Positions 49,447-62,680 of a DNA stretch of 64,000 nt are shown piece by piece. The stretch is from positions 29,264,001 through 29,328,000 of the forward strand of contig OZ004611.1 of NCBI GenBank assembly GCA_963924565.1, read 5' to 3'. A model generated the notes under the pieces. That model had not been told where the DNA came from and did no database searches. It saw only the letters and a program-made list of their open reading frames with translations. Each line of letters starts with the position of its first letter. Positions within the stretch are counted from its first letter, which is position 1. Both the position numbers and the translations under genes were made by a program. Origin of the DNA: Ascidiella aspersa. Lineage: Eukaryota.

Positions 49447-52400
49447 ATGCAACTTATATGCATTTCGTTCTCTACAATAGGAATCTTACTGACGCTGGTT
49501 TTTCTAAAAAGCGGTGAGTTGACTTGCAATAATATGTTTCGATATTTTATAAATCTTTTAACAAAATGCCATCTTTGGTTGGGGCGTATTTCTGTGTAAA
49601 ATTTAGATTTTTTAGTTGATTGTTTGTAACGTGTCTTGTAAAACTTTTTGGCAGGCTCGTGCACGAAATGCTGGAAATGTACAAATGCAACAAATTCCGC
49701 GGAATGCATCACATCTGGAGATTTTGTGGAATGCAGCAACTGGCAGGTAAAACCACTCGAAAATGTCAGGCGTTGTGGTTTTCTTCCCTCTCAGTGGGTT
49801 CGAAATGGTTTTAGCCAAAGCAAACATGCTAATTTAGTTTTTAAATCGTAGATGAGAATAAAAAAGGTATTGCCTACAGTGTGTGTCTTTAGTTCTTCCT
49901 ATTCACCAAAGAGCCGGTCGTTCATGTTTAAAACTTAGAAGTTGGCTGGCTGTCTGACAGGTCAGAATTTCGTCAGCAAATTTTTAAAAATTAGATTTTG
50001 ATATCGCTCTATTTGTATTACCACTTAAAACTGTACTATATCGCCTTGAACTGGGTCAATACAATATAATTGTACACGTTTGGGCGATGATTACTCTGTA
50101 TGTATCTCTTTTATCCAGGTTTGTTCCACCGAAGTGCGCAAACGATACGACGAAATAAAAATATGGAAGGGATGCAAGCAGAGAGATCTTTTGAAAATCA
50201 AAGACTGCAGGTTCCTATATGACAATTGCAGAACTTCTTAAACATACATCTTAATTTACTTAAATTTTTTTTTCGTTTACTATTTAATGTTAACTTAGCC
50301 TGGGTTTTCGTACACCATAGAGATTGTGTTAACAATCAGCCCTTATAGTAAAAGTATTGGGACCCGTTAACACTGTAGTATATATACAAAGAGAATTGCT
50401 ATAAATGTCTATGTAAAAATAACACATAGGCTACAAGTCAATGCCTAAAGATGTTCAAGGAATTAAATAAGAAGATCGAGGAAAACATCAAAAGCTCACT
50501 GATATAACATAGCGATAATATAATTTTTTCCAGCTTTAGTACTGTTTGTCGTGGATACGAAATTTTGGGGCTGATCGTGGATTTTTGTTTGGGGAATAAA
50601 GGGACGTCTAAATGTGACGTCACACAATTGCGTTTTAACGTAACGTCATTGAGAAGATATCTTTAAAACACCACACAGTGCGGTTATTTTGTGGAAGTTT
50701 TAGTTTGGAATACACAAAAAAACGATCAATGCATTTGTAAGTTTACTTCTCCAACGCAGTACCTTCAACGGAATGTCCGATGCCATCGCTTAAACTGGAA
50801 CATGGCTACGGTACTTGTACAAACCCTAACCATTTGGGGTCGTTGTGTACCTACACATGCAACGAGACCGGTTACCAAGGTTTGCCACTCAATAAGCAAA
50901 GTCGCTTGTGCCTGGGGAGCGGAATGTGGAGTGAAAGAAACCTCGTTGTGTCAGTAAGTATAGCTTTGTTACTTCAGCGTATTATAAAAGAGCGCTGGAA
51001 ATGTAAGAATATTGATGACAAAACGGATAGCTCACTGTTCTAACATGAATAACGTAAAAAAAACTCTTCAAATCAGAGTATGAATTGGTTAATTTTAATG
51101 GTTGGCCAACAAAATGCCGTCTAGGAATTTATTTTATATAAAATAGTGAGCATTTAAGCGCTGCGAAATAGTTTTAAGTAATATTCTGCCAGGGTTTAAA
51201 CATTTGGGCCTCTACCCATTTCCTACATTCAATTCCTTGCGACCCTATAAGTTTAGCAGAATTGAAAAAAGCATTTTGTGATGCATTTGTCGAAGTAATG
51301 TTTGCTTTTAGGGTTTTATATTGCAAATGTATATTTATTAAACATCAAAAAGGACAGTTATTATATATAAAAGAACACAACGTACAACATGGTCGTGGAA
51401 CCCAGTTTGAGAAGCCCTGCTGTAGTGTATCGCGATTTATGCATTATTTTCAGGGCCCTGTCCACTATGTGCGCCTTTGGACCTTGCAGCCGTGGTTCAG
51501 TTCAACAGCGAAGAAAACTATCGAAATAGAGTTGAGAGCTTTAGCGTCGTTTTCCGGTAAAATGAAACACACATTATGCAAAAAGATTGCAAATTATCCA
51601 GTTACTAAAGGATATCTTCGCCAATCTGATAGTCACATGTCGTCACTTAGTATCGGATCTTACCTGTGTAGTTTTTGCTCATCTTATCGGATATTGTTAT
51701 TGAAATAAACGACGAAGTATAGTACATAGCTTGTTGTACTGAGCAATCTTTGTCAAACGGTACTTTGATTACAGAAATCTGTCCGCAGCGATGAATATAC
51801 CCAACAATATCGGGTTTACTTTTACGACAGAGTTTACGATGGCGAATTTATTGGTACAGATGGTACGGGTGGAGAATACCAGGCCCCAGGTATGGGATAC
51901 AATCTATTGTGGTATGTCAAGTATCTTTTTAAATTATAATCGTACTGTGTCGCGAAGTTAAACAAAGAAATAAAACCAGATTGTCGTAAAATATTTCTGG
52001 ATTTTTGCATGAACATTTAACTTGAGAGTCTTAAACTATAGTTGGTTTACCAGGAATCATCAAATAAAAGCGATATATTTGTTCAGTCTGTTTTAGGGAT
52101 GAAAACATACTATTTTGAGGATGTTGCTTAATTTGTGCATCATAAGGCGTAATGAATTTTTTTATCCATATGCACGATATCCGTAACTTTTAGATTTAGT
52201 ATCGACACATACCTTAAGCATGCTAAATTAAGTAATTGCCAGCCGCTTTCAACAGAACAGATGTTATCGCAAAATGCAATGCAAGAATAAAAATATAATC
52301 ATACATAAAACGTTTCCTATAAAGACAGTTCCCTTACAGTTAAAGAAAATCCATTTTGCATCAATTACGGACAGTTGGTTAAGAACCACTCTGGCGTTTA

Positions 52401-53689
52401 CCGAAGTAACTAAACTAAAAAAATGTCAACATGAAACATTATTTTAAATTCCTCTTTTAATGCTTTAAAAGTTAACAACACCGAAAGAATGATCTGGTCT
52501 TTATTTATTAGTAGAGAAAATAGTCCTTAAATCTTCCATATATGCAGCACATAGTACTTTTCAGTCATTTCAAAATGACTTGTTTACAACACTGCAAATC
52601 ACAAACATTATTGAGGCTTTAGGTTTATTACGTAAAGCTTTATATCTTCTCGCGTAAAGCAAGTCAGTTACGAACGAATGATTTTAAGCGCAAAAAACGT
52701 TTTTTCACATTTTAGAGAACGACACAGTCAACACGGGCGACGCGTTGGCCTACGTAAACAACTTCGTGTTTCCCAAATTCCATCGGCCCAGCCAGCTCAA
52801 TGACATCATCTTTCTGGGTGTCGAGCGAGAATCAGATGATGACGTCACGAAAGCAGTGGCCGAATTGAGAAAGAGCGGGGTCACGGTAAGATGGCTTTGT
52901 TTTTGGGTCTATTTAACTTGTAATAAAGACTTCTCATCTAACGTAAAGAAAGGATGTAGCAGATTTGCGCATAACAAAACTTAGCATTACGTAAATTAAG
53001 TATTTAAACAATTAGAATGATAATAATTCTAACACACATTATGTTTGTAAAGCACTCTAATTCACCTTTCATAAGTTAGGTTTATATATTTCAGTTACAT
53101 TATCAAAAAATGATGATAAAGTGCGTATCGTCGTGATCCTTTTTTAAGCTGTATTACAGATCGTTGCATAGTGTAGTCTACCTATTTAACTAATAAAATG
53201 AAGTATTGGCTGATCGTTGCATAGTGTAGTCTACCTATTTAACTAATAAAATGAAGTATTGTCTGATGCTCGTGGCATATCCATGCCGTTTTGTGTTTTC
53301 CTCAATTCCCAAAACACCTGAAAGACGAATCATCCAATAAAACCAGTGAACTTTAAGGCGCTGTTAAGTTTACAATTTTTTGATTACTTTTTTTTAAAAC
53401 AAACAATTATCATAGCTGTTTTTTTATTTATTTCATGCTAAGGAACAACGGTTTATAAATATGCTTACTGTTGCTGTCCAAACGAACACAAACTTTTTAC
53501 AAAGATATTCTACATCTTCTTCGAAAGCACCGAGCACAAAGTCAACATGGAAGAGGCGCGAGCTGTGGTAACTTCAGAAGATCACATTTTCGTTTTAAAA
53601 GGAAATTCAGAACTGAAGATGAAGAGACTGTATGACGAGCTTTCTCTATAGTCTGTAACTTCCCTTGTCCAAATGCTGATGAAGAATAA
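49447..53689 (+). pseudogene. LU-CCP-VWA paralog, copy 2 (frameshifted pseudogene)
   Basis: Homologous exons at 49447-49513, 49655-49746, 50119-50210, 50760-50953, 51454-51556, 51775-51889, 52716-52885 and 53505-53689. Exons 3, 5, 7 and 9 are each 1 nt shorter than in copies 1 and 3. Exon 4 survives only as a remnant (CVNNQP, about 50300-50360) without the CCC..CN part. Confidence 0.85.
53159..53266. repeat. Direct tandem duplication of about 54 bp
   Basis: GATCGTTGCATAGTGTAGTCTACCTATTTAACTAATAAAATGAAGTATTG occurs twice in tandem. Confidence 0.9.
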
Positions 53690-55260
53690 GGAAAAAGCTT
53701 TACCTAGCTAAAACACGAATGATGAAATGTAATCAACCCAGTGGTTCCCAAACTTTTTTGCTCGCGGCACACAAAAACTATCTTAAATATTTCGCGGCAC
53801 GCTTTTAACAGAACAACAATAGAGTCATTTTACAATCGCCCTTAACACACGACAAATATGTGTAAATGTCCTAATATGATTAATTTGTAATAGGAAGTGC
53901 GTATTTAAGTCTAAAATGCTTGCGTGTATGCCTATTGGTAATACAAATAACTTATTTTACCAAATTACAAAAAGTTACGCGGCATACTTGACAATCTTTC
54001 AAGGCACACTAGTGTGGCGCGTCACATACAGTTTGAGAATCACTGGTCTAACCAAACATTGCGGTGACCGTGTTTGCGTGCTTACTCCTAATACAACTTT
54101 TCACGCAAGCCAAACGCCTGCTTCAACATCAGGCCGTGTGCTCACATTTGAAGAGGGCGATCATTATTCTTAGAACAAACTATATGAGACCTGTATCGTC
54201 ACCGAATTAAGTCTTAATAACTGCACTTAAGTCATCGTAAAAAACACATCTTCAGGATAATACACAAATGGAGTATGACATTGAAATCAAAAGACACCGC
54301 AGACTTAACGAATCTGTCTTGATTTCGGTGTACGAATTCTACGTAAGCCGTAATCGTTAGACAAGCAGCAGCATCATAAAGGCTAGACTAGATGACACTT
54401 GTTGAATACATATGTGTGTGTGTGTCTTTCATGGACAAATGTAGTAGATTATAATAGCAAGAATAGCTAAAGATTTATTCGAATTAAGATTCTGATTATT
54501 CTCAGGAGGAAAATACATTATCATGAAACATCTAATGAAACACAACCCTTATTTATTTTTTCCAACGTTTCGGTTACTTATGCAGACTGTTTTCATCAGG
54601 GAATGCAACAAATGTTTGCGCCTGTGATTGAGGATAACCCTTTAGATGCATAAATTCTTGAGAAATCTATGATATGCGTAGATTTAATTAAGAAAGGCTA
54701 CATACGACTGAAAATAGTCCATGTAAATAGGTGTATTACGATAAAAATTAATGATTATCGATTAAATAATACCTCTAATAATTTTTTTGTATTTGCCAAA
54801 CGTGTATTATAAACCATGTTATGCAATGTGGTCCATCTCTTTTAAGCCACGTGAAATGCGAAGGAATGGGGAAAATATATGGAATTTACCCTGAAATGCG
54901 CGACCTACACTTCTTTCGATTGCTTTATATTATCAATTTATTGAAATATAATTTTCAAGACTCAATTTAAACAAAGTTTTTTTTTTTGCCCTTAGTCATA
55001 GGTATGATATGCTAACTGTTGGTTTTCTCACAAAAACAAACTATTTGAAGTTATTCTACATCTTTTTCGAAATCAAAGATATGGGAGAATCCTGGGAATT
55101 CACCCTGAGAGAGGACGATCTATGTAGGTCATAGAAAGATTAAAGAAAATAAGAATTAGCAGAGGAGTTATTTTGAGTAATGTTATTTCTGGAAGCAACA
55201 GTTGATATACGGCATAAATGTCAATCTTGCTGCATTAAACCTTCCCAGTAAACACCCTGG

Positions 55261-55273
55261 GGCGTATAAAAGC
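55261..55273 (+). promoter_or_regulatory. TATA box of LU-CCP-VWA copy 3
   Basis: GGCGTATAAAAG about 195 nt upstream of the ATG, identical 12-mer to copy 1. Confidence 0.55.
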
Positions 55274-55460
55274 GGGAATGTTAGCATTCATATCTGGTAA
55301 TACAGATTAAAGTGGCTTTACATGCCATCATACATCGCCTAAATGCAGACTCAGGATATAACACCTTTGCCAATGTGAGTTTACTATTCAGCAGTATAGC
55401 TGCCGCAGTTAGACTTTTTGGCCTGGACAATTTTATTCGGAGATTTATTTACAAATCGCC

Positions 55461-58400
55461 ATGCAACTTTTTACTATTTCATTCATTTCAAGTGCAATCC
55501 TGCTGTCCGTTTTATTTCCTTCAAGTGGTAAGTTATCCAAGCTTGTAAGAAACAGTGTTTTGAGCAAATTGTTTTATTGACTTTCTTGATATTTAGGACA
55601 CTTATGATCATTGTTGGTATAATGTTGTCTTTCCGCTGTTCCTCGATTGTTTTTTTTGTTAGTTTCTGTTTTTGTTATTTTTTTGTTTAGCTGTTGCCAC
55701 GTTAACTGTATTGTGTATTTATTTCTTGTTTTTGTTTTTGTTTGCAATATGGCCTTATGTGTCTACGTCTTGTTGTTTTGTACTTGTAGTTTAAACAAGT
55801 TTCTTAAATAAATTATAATGCTAATAGAACCACTATCGAGGGCCAGCTGACTTGATGCACCTAACGGTCTTTCGCTGCCCCCTGAAACTCCGTGTTTGTA
55901 TTGTTAGGTGTTAGTAACCAGCAAAATATAATTAAAACACACAATTGTCGTGTTGGCAACGATATTTTGCAACTAACACGTAACACGTATTATTATGCTT
56001 TTTTATTTTGCGTTCGATTTTCAGAATGAATACATTTATCTTAATGTTACTTTTCAGGTTCGTGCGTACAATGTTGGAAATGTGAGAACGTAACCAGCTT
56101 TACAGAATGTTCGGCTTCTGGAGAGCTAAAGGAATGTGGACACAAAGAGGTATGTTTTTGTTCGCTATAGGGATTAGTAACCTTTGGTATGTTCTTAACA
56201 TTTGCGCTTTGGGCATTCTGTTGTGTTTGTTTTGGTGTTGGACTCAAGTTCATTACACAAACAACTAAAGTGGATGTGTTGACCACACATATCCTGATTA
56301 TACGATGATCCCCGCTATTTGGGGATATTCTCACGCTACAAATACGATTAGGTTGAACGTCTGGAAAACTGAAGGCTAGGAAAACCTGTTCATTAATCCT
56401 TGTTGCTTTATTCAGGCTTGTTTTACCGAGATTCGGAGAGATGGAAACGACATGAAAATATGGAAGGGCTGTAAACAACTGGAGGCTTGTGAAAATCAAA
56501 GATCTCAGGTGCGTTGAGACAAACATATACGGTTTGTGAAATTGATTTTAATTTTGAATATAAATTTTATTTGAACAAAAAAACGACCTAAAAAAAGAAC
56601 GAAAAATATTGCTAATTACTATTTATGCCGGCAACCTTTAGCAACAAAACAGAGGCCGGGTTTAGTTTTGAATCTAACTTTTAGAGCTATGCATACAAAA
56701 AGTCGGACTTATTTTTATATAGGTGTCTTACTGAATATATAGCGCAAATTTAAACAATGCTAGCGTAGAGTTTCTGATATCAAGTTAGCTCACAAAAAGC
56801 GTCGGGCCGAAAATTTTTTTATTTTTTTGAGGTCGGGCCGAAAATGTTTTTGATTTTTCGTATTTTTTTGTACCAAGAATTGGAACAGAGAGCCTCACAC
56901 TTGCAACAACGACCAAGATATTTCACACTGCTGGTGCTGTTGTGACAACGATTCGTGCAATACAAACGAGACTTGCGAAAGTATTAATTTGTATTTTTTA
57001 GTGTCTAAATGTTTATACTTTAAAAAACATGTTTTTTTAATAAAAATGAGTAAAAATGCCAAATGTCTAAACGCAGATATACACCTTTTGCAACATTTGT
57101 TTTAAAAAGGTGTAAACTTTAAATTTACTCCGTTTTTTTGGGGGGTTAAAGTGTTTTATGTCTTTTACTCAAATTGCAGCCTACTTACAATAGTTTGCAT
57201 TCAATTACACAAAAATTTAAATTAGCCATTTTCAAGACTTTGACTGATATTAGTGATATTTTAATTGTTTTTTCATTAACCATAAGTGTTTTTATTTTTT
57301 AAATAAATAATTACCTAGAAATGACAAATTAACGTAAATGGGTGTATTCTTCATATAAAACTATGTATTATGTTTATCAAATCCAGTTGTGTCAGCGCAA
57401 TGCCCGACGCCATCGCTTCATTTGGACCACGGCGAAGTGAATTGTTCCAACCGTAACCAACTTGGATCGCTTTGCACGTACCGATGTACTGAGAGAGACT
57501 ACCACGGCTTGCCTCTAAAAAAGCTGAATCGCTTGTGTCTGGGCAACGGGAAATGGAGCGAAAAGAAACCGTGCTGCGTTCGTAAGTACGATTTTGACAC
57601 GTTAAATATATTATGGGATATAATATCATCGTAAATTACAAAATGACCAATTTCTTGTGAGAAATGCTTCAGAAAGTTCTGTAGTTTCATAATTACAGGG
57701 GATCCCTCTTTAACTGGAATGATTCATGGCCCAATAATTTTAAAGATTGTTTGAAACCAAAGCTCACACTGTGTATGGATGACTTCGTCGTAACTTGTTG
57801 TTCGCGGCAAAAAACTTTTATTTTCTGGCAATGAGAATATTTGTTTTGCGTTTTAAGATTTCTGGACTAATATAAATCGTTTCCACCGAAATGCAAAAGT
57901 TTTTTTTTCGAACTAAATTTTTTTATTTGCACATAACAGTCTAGGTGAGTATTTAATGCTTTACTTGCAAGACCAGCTACAAGTATATTATATGCTTATT
58001 ACATTATATCATAATACAATGATTTCGTAGACCGCCGCGACGCAAAAAACGTGTGTTTACACCTTCGTTTACATTAGTGGTTATCATACCGCTTTGTTGC
58101 GTAATAGACGTGATGATGATAGAAGTGAATTACTATTCGCACAAAACCGCTGATAAAGCACAGCAATAAGTAAACATATCGCACATGCTTGACCCTTTAT
58201 AAGTTATGCGATGAACCGGACAGTATTATAGAAGAACTAGCCCTTATTCTACTCTGTTATAGCTACAACTATTTTTTGAATTTACAGAACCTTGTCCTCC
58301 GTTTGTTCCGTTAGATCTGGTAGGACTCGCCCATTATAAAAGCAACGACAGCTTAAACAAAAGATTCACAGGCCTTGGTCCGCTGTTCAGGTAGTTTTCT

Positions 58401-61167
58401 CACAAAAGTGTATTTGTTAAAACCTAATCAAATCAAACAAACATTAAAATCATTTCTTTATAGAAAGCATTGTCCTAATTACGGGCCACAAGATGTTTTA
58501 TGGAAGTGCAAAGTGTTTGGCGCCTTTTTTGCTAATATACTTTAATTGTCGTTATGGTTGTTAACTGCTGCCAGAAAGTCAGTGTGTAATAAATTTAAAT
58601 GTACGTGATATATTCTATGTGGCCAAATTGTTAACTTGATGAACGATAGGGGGAAACCCGGTTTCTTTTATGTCTTACAGTCGGCTAAAGTTCGGTAAGG
58701 ATTTTTTCCAGAACTTTGTTGTGTATTTCAACGAAGAGGTTTATCACGTTTATTTGCCTGGTGATCCCGAAGTCGTTGGAATATTCCGCCCATCAGGTGA
58801 GTGCTACCATTAATCAAAGACCACCTTACTCTTTGTTACCAGGCAAAACTTTTAATTTAAAAAACAAAAATAATGAGTGAAAAACATAATACTGAGTGAA
58901 AAACAGTTTTCCTCCAATGCTTGATTAGAGTGGTTTTGGAATAGAAAACAAAATTAGAAGTAAAACTTTTTTCAAAAAATAAATTTCTCCAGAAGCTTGT
59001 GCTTTTAATTTAACAGTGGATTAAAACATCTGCTGAAATTCAAAAAACCGCTGTAACGCTTCGCTAATATCACACCGTATTGAACAATGTTTAAAATGCA
59101 CAATGTTTCATATTCACCAACAAAGATGTAATATTTAGAGATCACCATCAGTACTAATTTTAATTTTCAATTGCCAAAGTATTGGCTTTAAAAACACCTA
59201 AAAAATTATTATCAGGTATTCGAATATAATGAGAAGCAGCTCACATCCCTAATCAGACCAACATGTTACACGCCTAACACCAAACATGGAAGATAAAGTC
59301 TTTTCGAGATTGTGTTTTCATTCTTCAAAAGCAGTTTTTGTTAAATGCAAAGTTGATTGTTTTCAAAGCGTATGTTCGTTTTCGTTTCACTGTAAATCTT
59401 GATTTAACAAAGCAAATTTTCATCTGCCGATGCAAAATTGATTTTTCCAAAAGAATTTTTATTCTACAATGCAAAATTTCGCTTTCCAAAACAAACGTTT
59501 TATCTCTCAACGTGAATTCCATTTTCCAATAATTCTTTTGGTGTAATGTTTAGCTAACAACACGGCCAACACCGGCGCGGCCCTTCGCTACGTTCGCGAC
59601 AACATCCTGAGCCACCTTCACCGCAGAAGCGGGCACAGTGACGTTGTACTTGTATCTGTGGAGAAAGAGTCGGATGATGACGTCACTGAGATTGCGGCCG
59701 AGCTGAAAAGAAACGGAGCCACAGTGAGTGGTCTCATGAAATCGCCTGTGCTGTAATTCTGGACTCCAACCTTTAGACCGGGGTTTCTCAGCCTTTTGTT
59801 GCTATCCCTCAGAAATAATAAATAGATTGCGGAACCCCTACAAGATTTTTTCATAGGTAATTCACTATAATGTTGCAATAAACGGAAGTAGAACAACACA
59901 CATCAACTCTACACAACGTAGGAAGTTATAAATGGAGTTATTCCACTCTAAACTTACACAAAAATTGTAAAAGTTAATCAAACATCAGATTGTTAAAGAT
60001 TCTCAAATACCTCTCGGCGCCCTTGAGCATTAGAAATGGCACTCCGGTTAAGAACCACTACTTTAGACCGAAAATATAGATCAACATCAAGGTCGGAATG
60101 AAAAGTAGTTTGGGATGAGTCAAAAATAGCACTAATACATATTAGTTGTAATAACGTTTAAATCGGAATAAGTCTTAAGCTCGTTGGAAAACGAACTAAA
60201 TGACTAGTATCAGGTCTGTGCAACTTTTACCTAACCACAAATCCCACCCCTATATGTACATCACTAACTCCCCTAATAATTTCAACCCTAACCTAATTTA
60301 AAAATTGGACTGTGTCGACAATCCTTGGCACAGCCTTGATTTTGTAAGCAAAGTAAATTAAACGAACTGTGAAACATTTTGGAAACAAAATGTAAAACAA
60401 CAATACAATGCATTTGTATATAGTGAAGCTGTAATACAGCCTTCGAATCAGACAAATACTGTTTACCACTATTTATATTTTGGTAGGATAATGACTGTAG
60501 TTGGTCAAAATAAATGTCCAAGCTCAAACAGTTAGGGTAGATTTTTAAACGTTTCTAATAAATCGCTATTGTTTTCAAACACGATCAACGAAGAGCTACC
60601 TAATCCTGTATAGGCTTTGATAGTTATTCTACGTCTAACAGCAAATAAATTTTAAAAGGTGGAAAGATTATCTTAAATAACTCTGTTGCTGTGAAGTCGT
60701 TTGTTGCCAGCTATCATACAGTATATAAAATTGTTATACACTGAAATGAATTAACTTAAATAAATTCTGTTATTTATCTATTTTCTAAGTGGTAGGATTT
60801 TGTTGATTGCAGTGAAGATGCATTTTAACTCCTACAGTACGCGCTATAAATGATTTGTGTCTATTATTTTATTACACCATATATATTGAAATTATTACCA
60901 TCTGTTGGATAAACAATTTAGTGAGATTGGCGATCGCTTAAACAAAGTCATATTCCAATCATAACCAACAATTGACTTCAGATCATCTATGCGTTCTATC
61001 AAAGTGCCGAGTACAAAGTCAACATGGAAGAAGCAAGGGCAATAGCGTCATCGGAAGATCACATTCTTGTCGTTGGCGGAGAAAAGAAAGTGGACTTTGT
61101 GAAGCTTTTTAGCGATATTTTTGCCCTCGCTTGCAATTACCCTTGTCCTCATACTGACGAAGAATAA
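55461..61167 (+). CDS. Secreted LU-CCP-VWA-like protein, copy 3 (374 aa, 9 exons, intact)
   Basis: Exons 55461-55527, 56058-56149, 56416-56508, 56878-56980, 57387-57581, 58288-58390, 58681-58796, 59554-59723 and 60982-61167. Exons 2-9 match copy 1 in size and phase; the frame is open and ends ACNYPCPHTDEE*. Confidence 0.9.
59779..60060. mobile_element. hAT-type MITE
   Basis: CGGGGTTTCTCA / TAAGAACCACTA ends with a perfect TSD CTTTAGAC. Confidence 0.8.
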
Positions 61168-61829
61168 AACTTGCTTTTAGTGGTGAATTACAGCGAGACA
61201 AATCGATGCTTCACTTGCTGTCTAACTACAGCCAGCGGGTCAAATCCGGCACGTGAAGCAATTTATTCCTTATTTTTTATAAAACTGTTTTATTCCTTTA
61301 CGCTTTTTTCGTCATTTTGGAATATTTTATTGAAAGAATTATACATGCAAGGTTACTCACTTCCTTTATTCTTACCAGGTTGGCTAAACTCAAATATTTA
61401 TACTTATCTTTACAAATGAATCACACTTTATATTATTTGTAATTTTAAATTCTCTTTTTGGTCATGCCCGCCAAGACATTTTCGACTCTCGTGCGGCCCT
61501 TCGTTCAAAATCTCGTGCGGACCCTTTTGTTCTAATGTAATCTCAAAACGGCTGACCATTCTTATTACAGAGGGTGAAAAGGCGGTTAAATCGGGCTAGC
61601 CTCACAAAAATTAAACATAATTTTTTTATTTTCAGCAAGCTGAATTAATTAATGTTTTCCAAACTACCTATACTCTGTGTAAATCAGTTGTCTTGGAACT
61701 TTGCGGGCTGGTATCCTCCAAGAAAAATAAACTAATTCACGGCATACTTTTTTTTCAAAACCATACAATGGTATATAAAAGATCACCCGAATTACGAGAC
61801 GAGTTAGTTGTTGAATGATTGCCATAATA

Positions 61830-62074
61830 CATTGTTTTTCAACCGTGGCCTTCGGCCCCCCAGGGGGGCCACGAAGCAGTCTTCAAGGGGCCATAAGCTT
61901 GTCTTAGTTTACTAATAAGCCTGTTAAACTATTTTTTGTGGTTTTCGTTTCGTATTTGAAGACCTCTCTTATAATGTTATTTAAAGTGTTTCTCGAATTC
62001 GTGAGCAAGGGGGCAACGGAGTGTTTAGTGCTAATGAAAGGGCGCCACGACTCATAAAAGGTTGAGAACCTCTG
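61830..62074. mobile_element. hAT-type MITE
   Basis: CATTGTTTTTCAACC / GGTTGAGAACCTCTG ends with a perfect TSD CCATAATA. Confidence 0.82.
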
Positions 62075-62680
62075 CCATAATACAATCTTTTTCTAAGGAA
62101 TACTTTAGATTTACGTTTTCGTATGCTTGTCTATGTGCCACTTGTAATAAAAATACTGCAGCTTGTGTCTTTAAATTACAATAAGCCCACAGCATACAGC
62201 ATCTTTCGCAGTGTTGTAATGAATTAACTAAATTACTGGAGATTTGACTTAATTGTACTTAATTTACTGTTTTAAAATGATTCGATTTGACGTTAGTGTT
62301 TTGGCCATGATGACTTGACTTAACTTATGTCATTATACTAGATTACGTGAGTTAAAATGAAGTGTTTTTATTACTTTTTTAATAATATTTAATTATTTAT
62401 ATAAATTTAGACCCATCAAACATTTTGCTTGTTATATGTTGCGTTTTTGTTATTATTGGTTTAAAATATTTCTAATAGCCGAACTTGTTTATCAAATCAT
62501 TATTTAACTTGGCTGAAATAATTAAAATCCAGATTAGTATATTTTAGATATTAGGGTCAGTGTTGTAATACTATACCTAAAAAGCTGCAGAGCAGTACTC
62601 AGACTTACCCTCGTATTGCGCGGTCTTAAGGTAAAGGAGTAATATAATTTTAATGTGTTCGTTAAATAAAGCCAAATTAC

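Noticed and set aside
56047-56526. 159-aa minus-strand ORF
   Set aside because: It is the antisense shadow of exons 2-3 of copy 3 and shows no protein-like features.
42977-61167. Calling the array complement factor B/C2 or selectin
   Set aside because: There is no serine-protease, lectin, EGF or TM domain, only one CCP, and an LU-like N-terminus.
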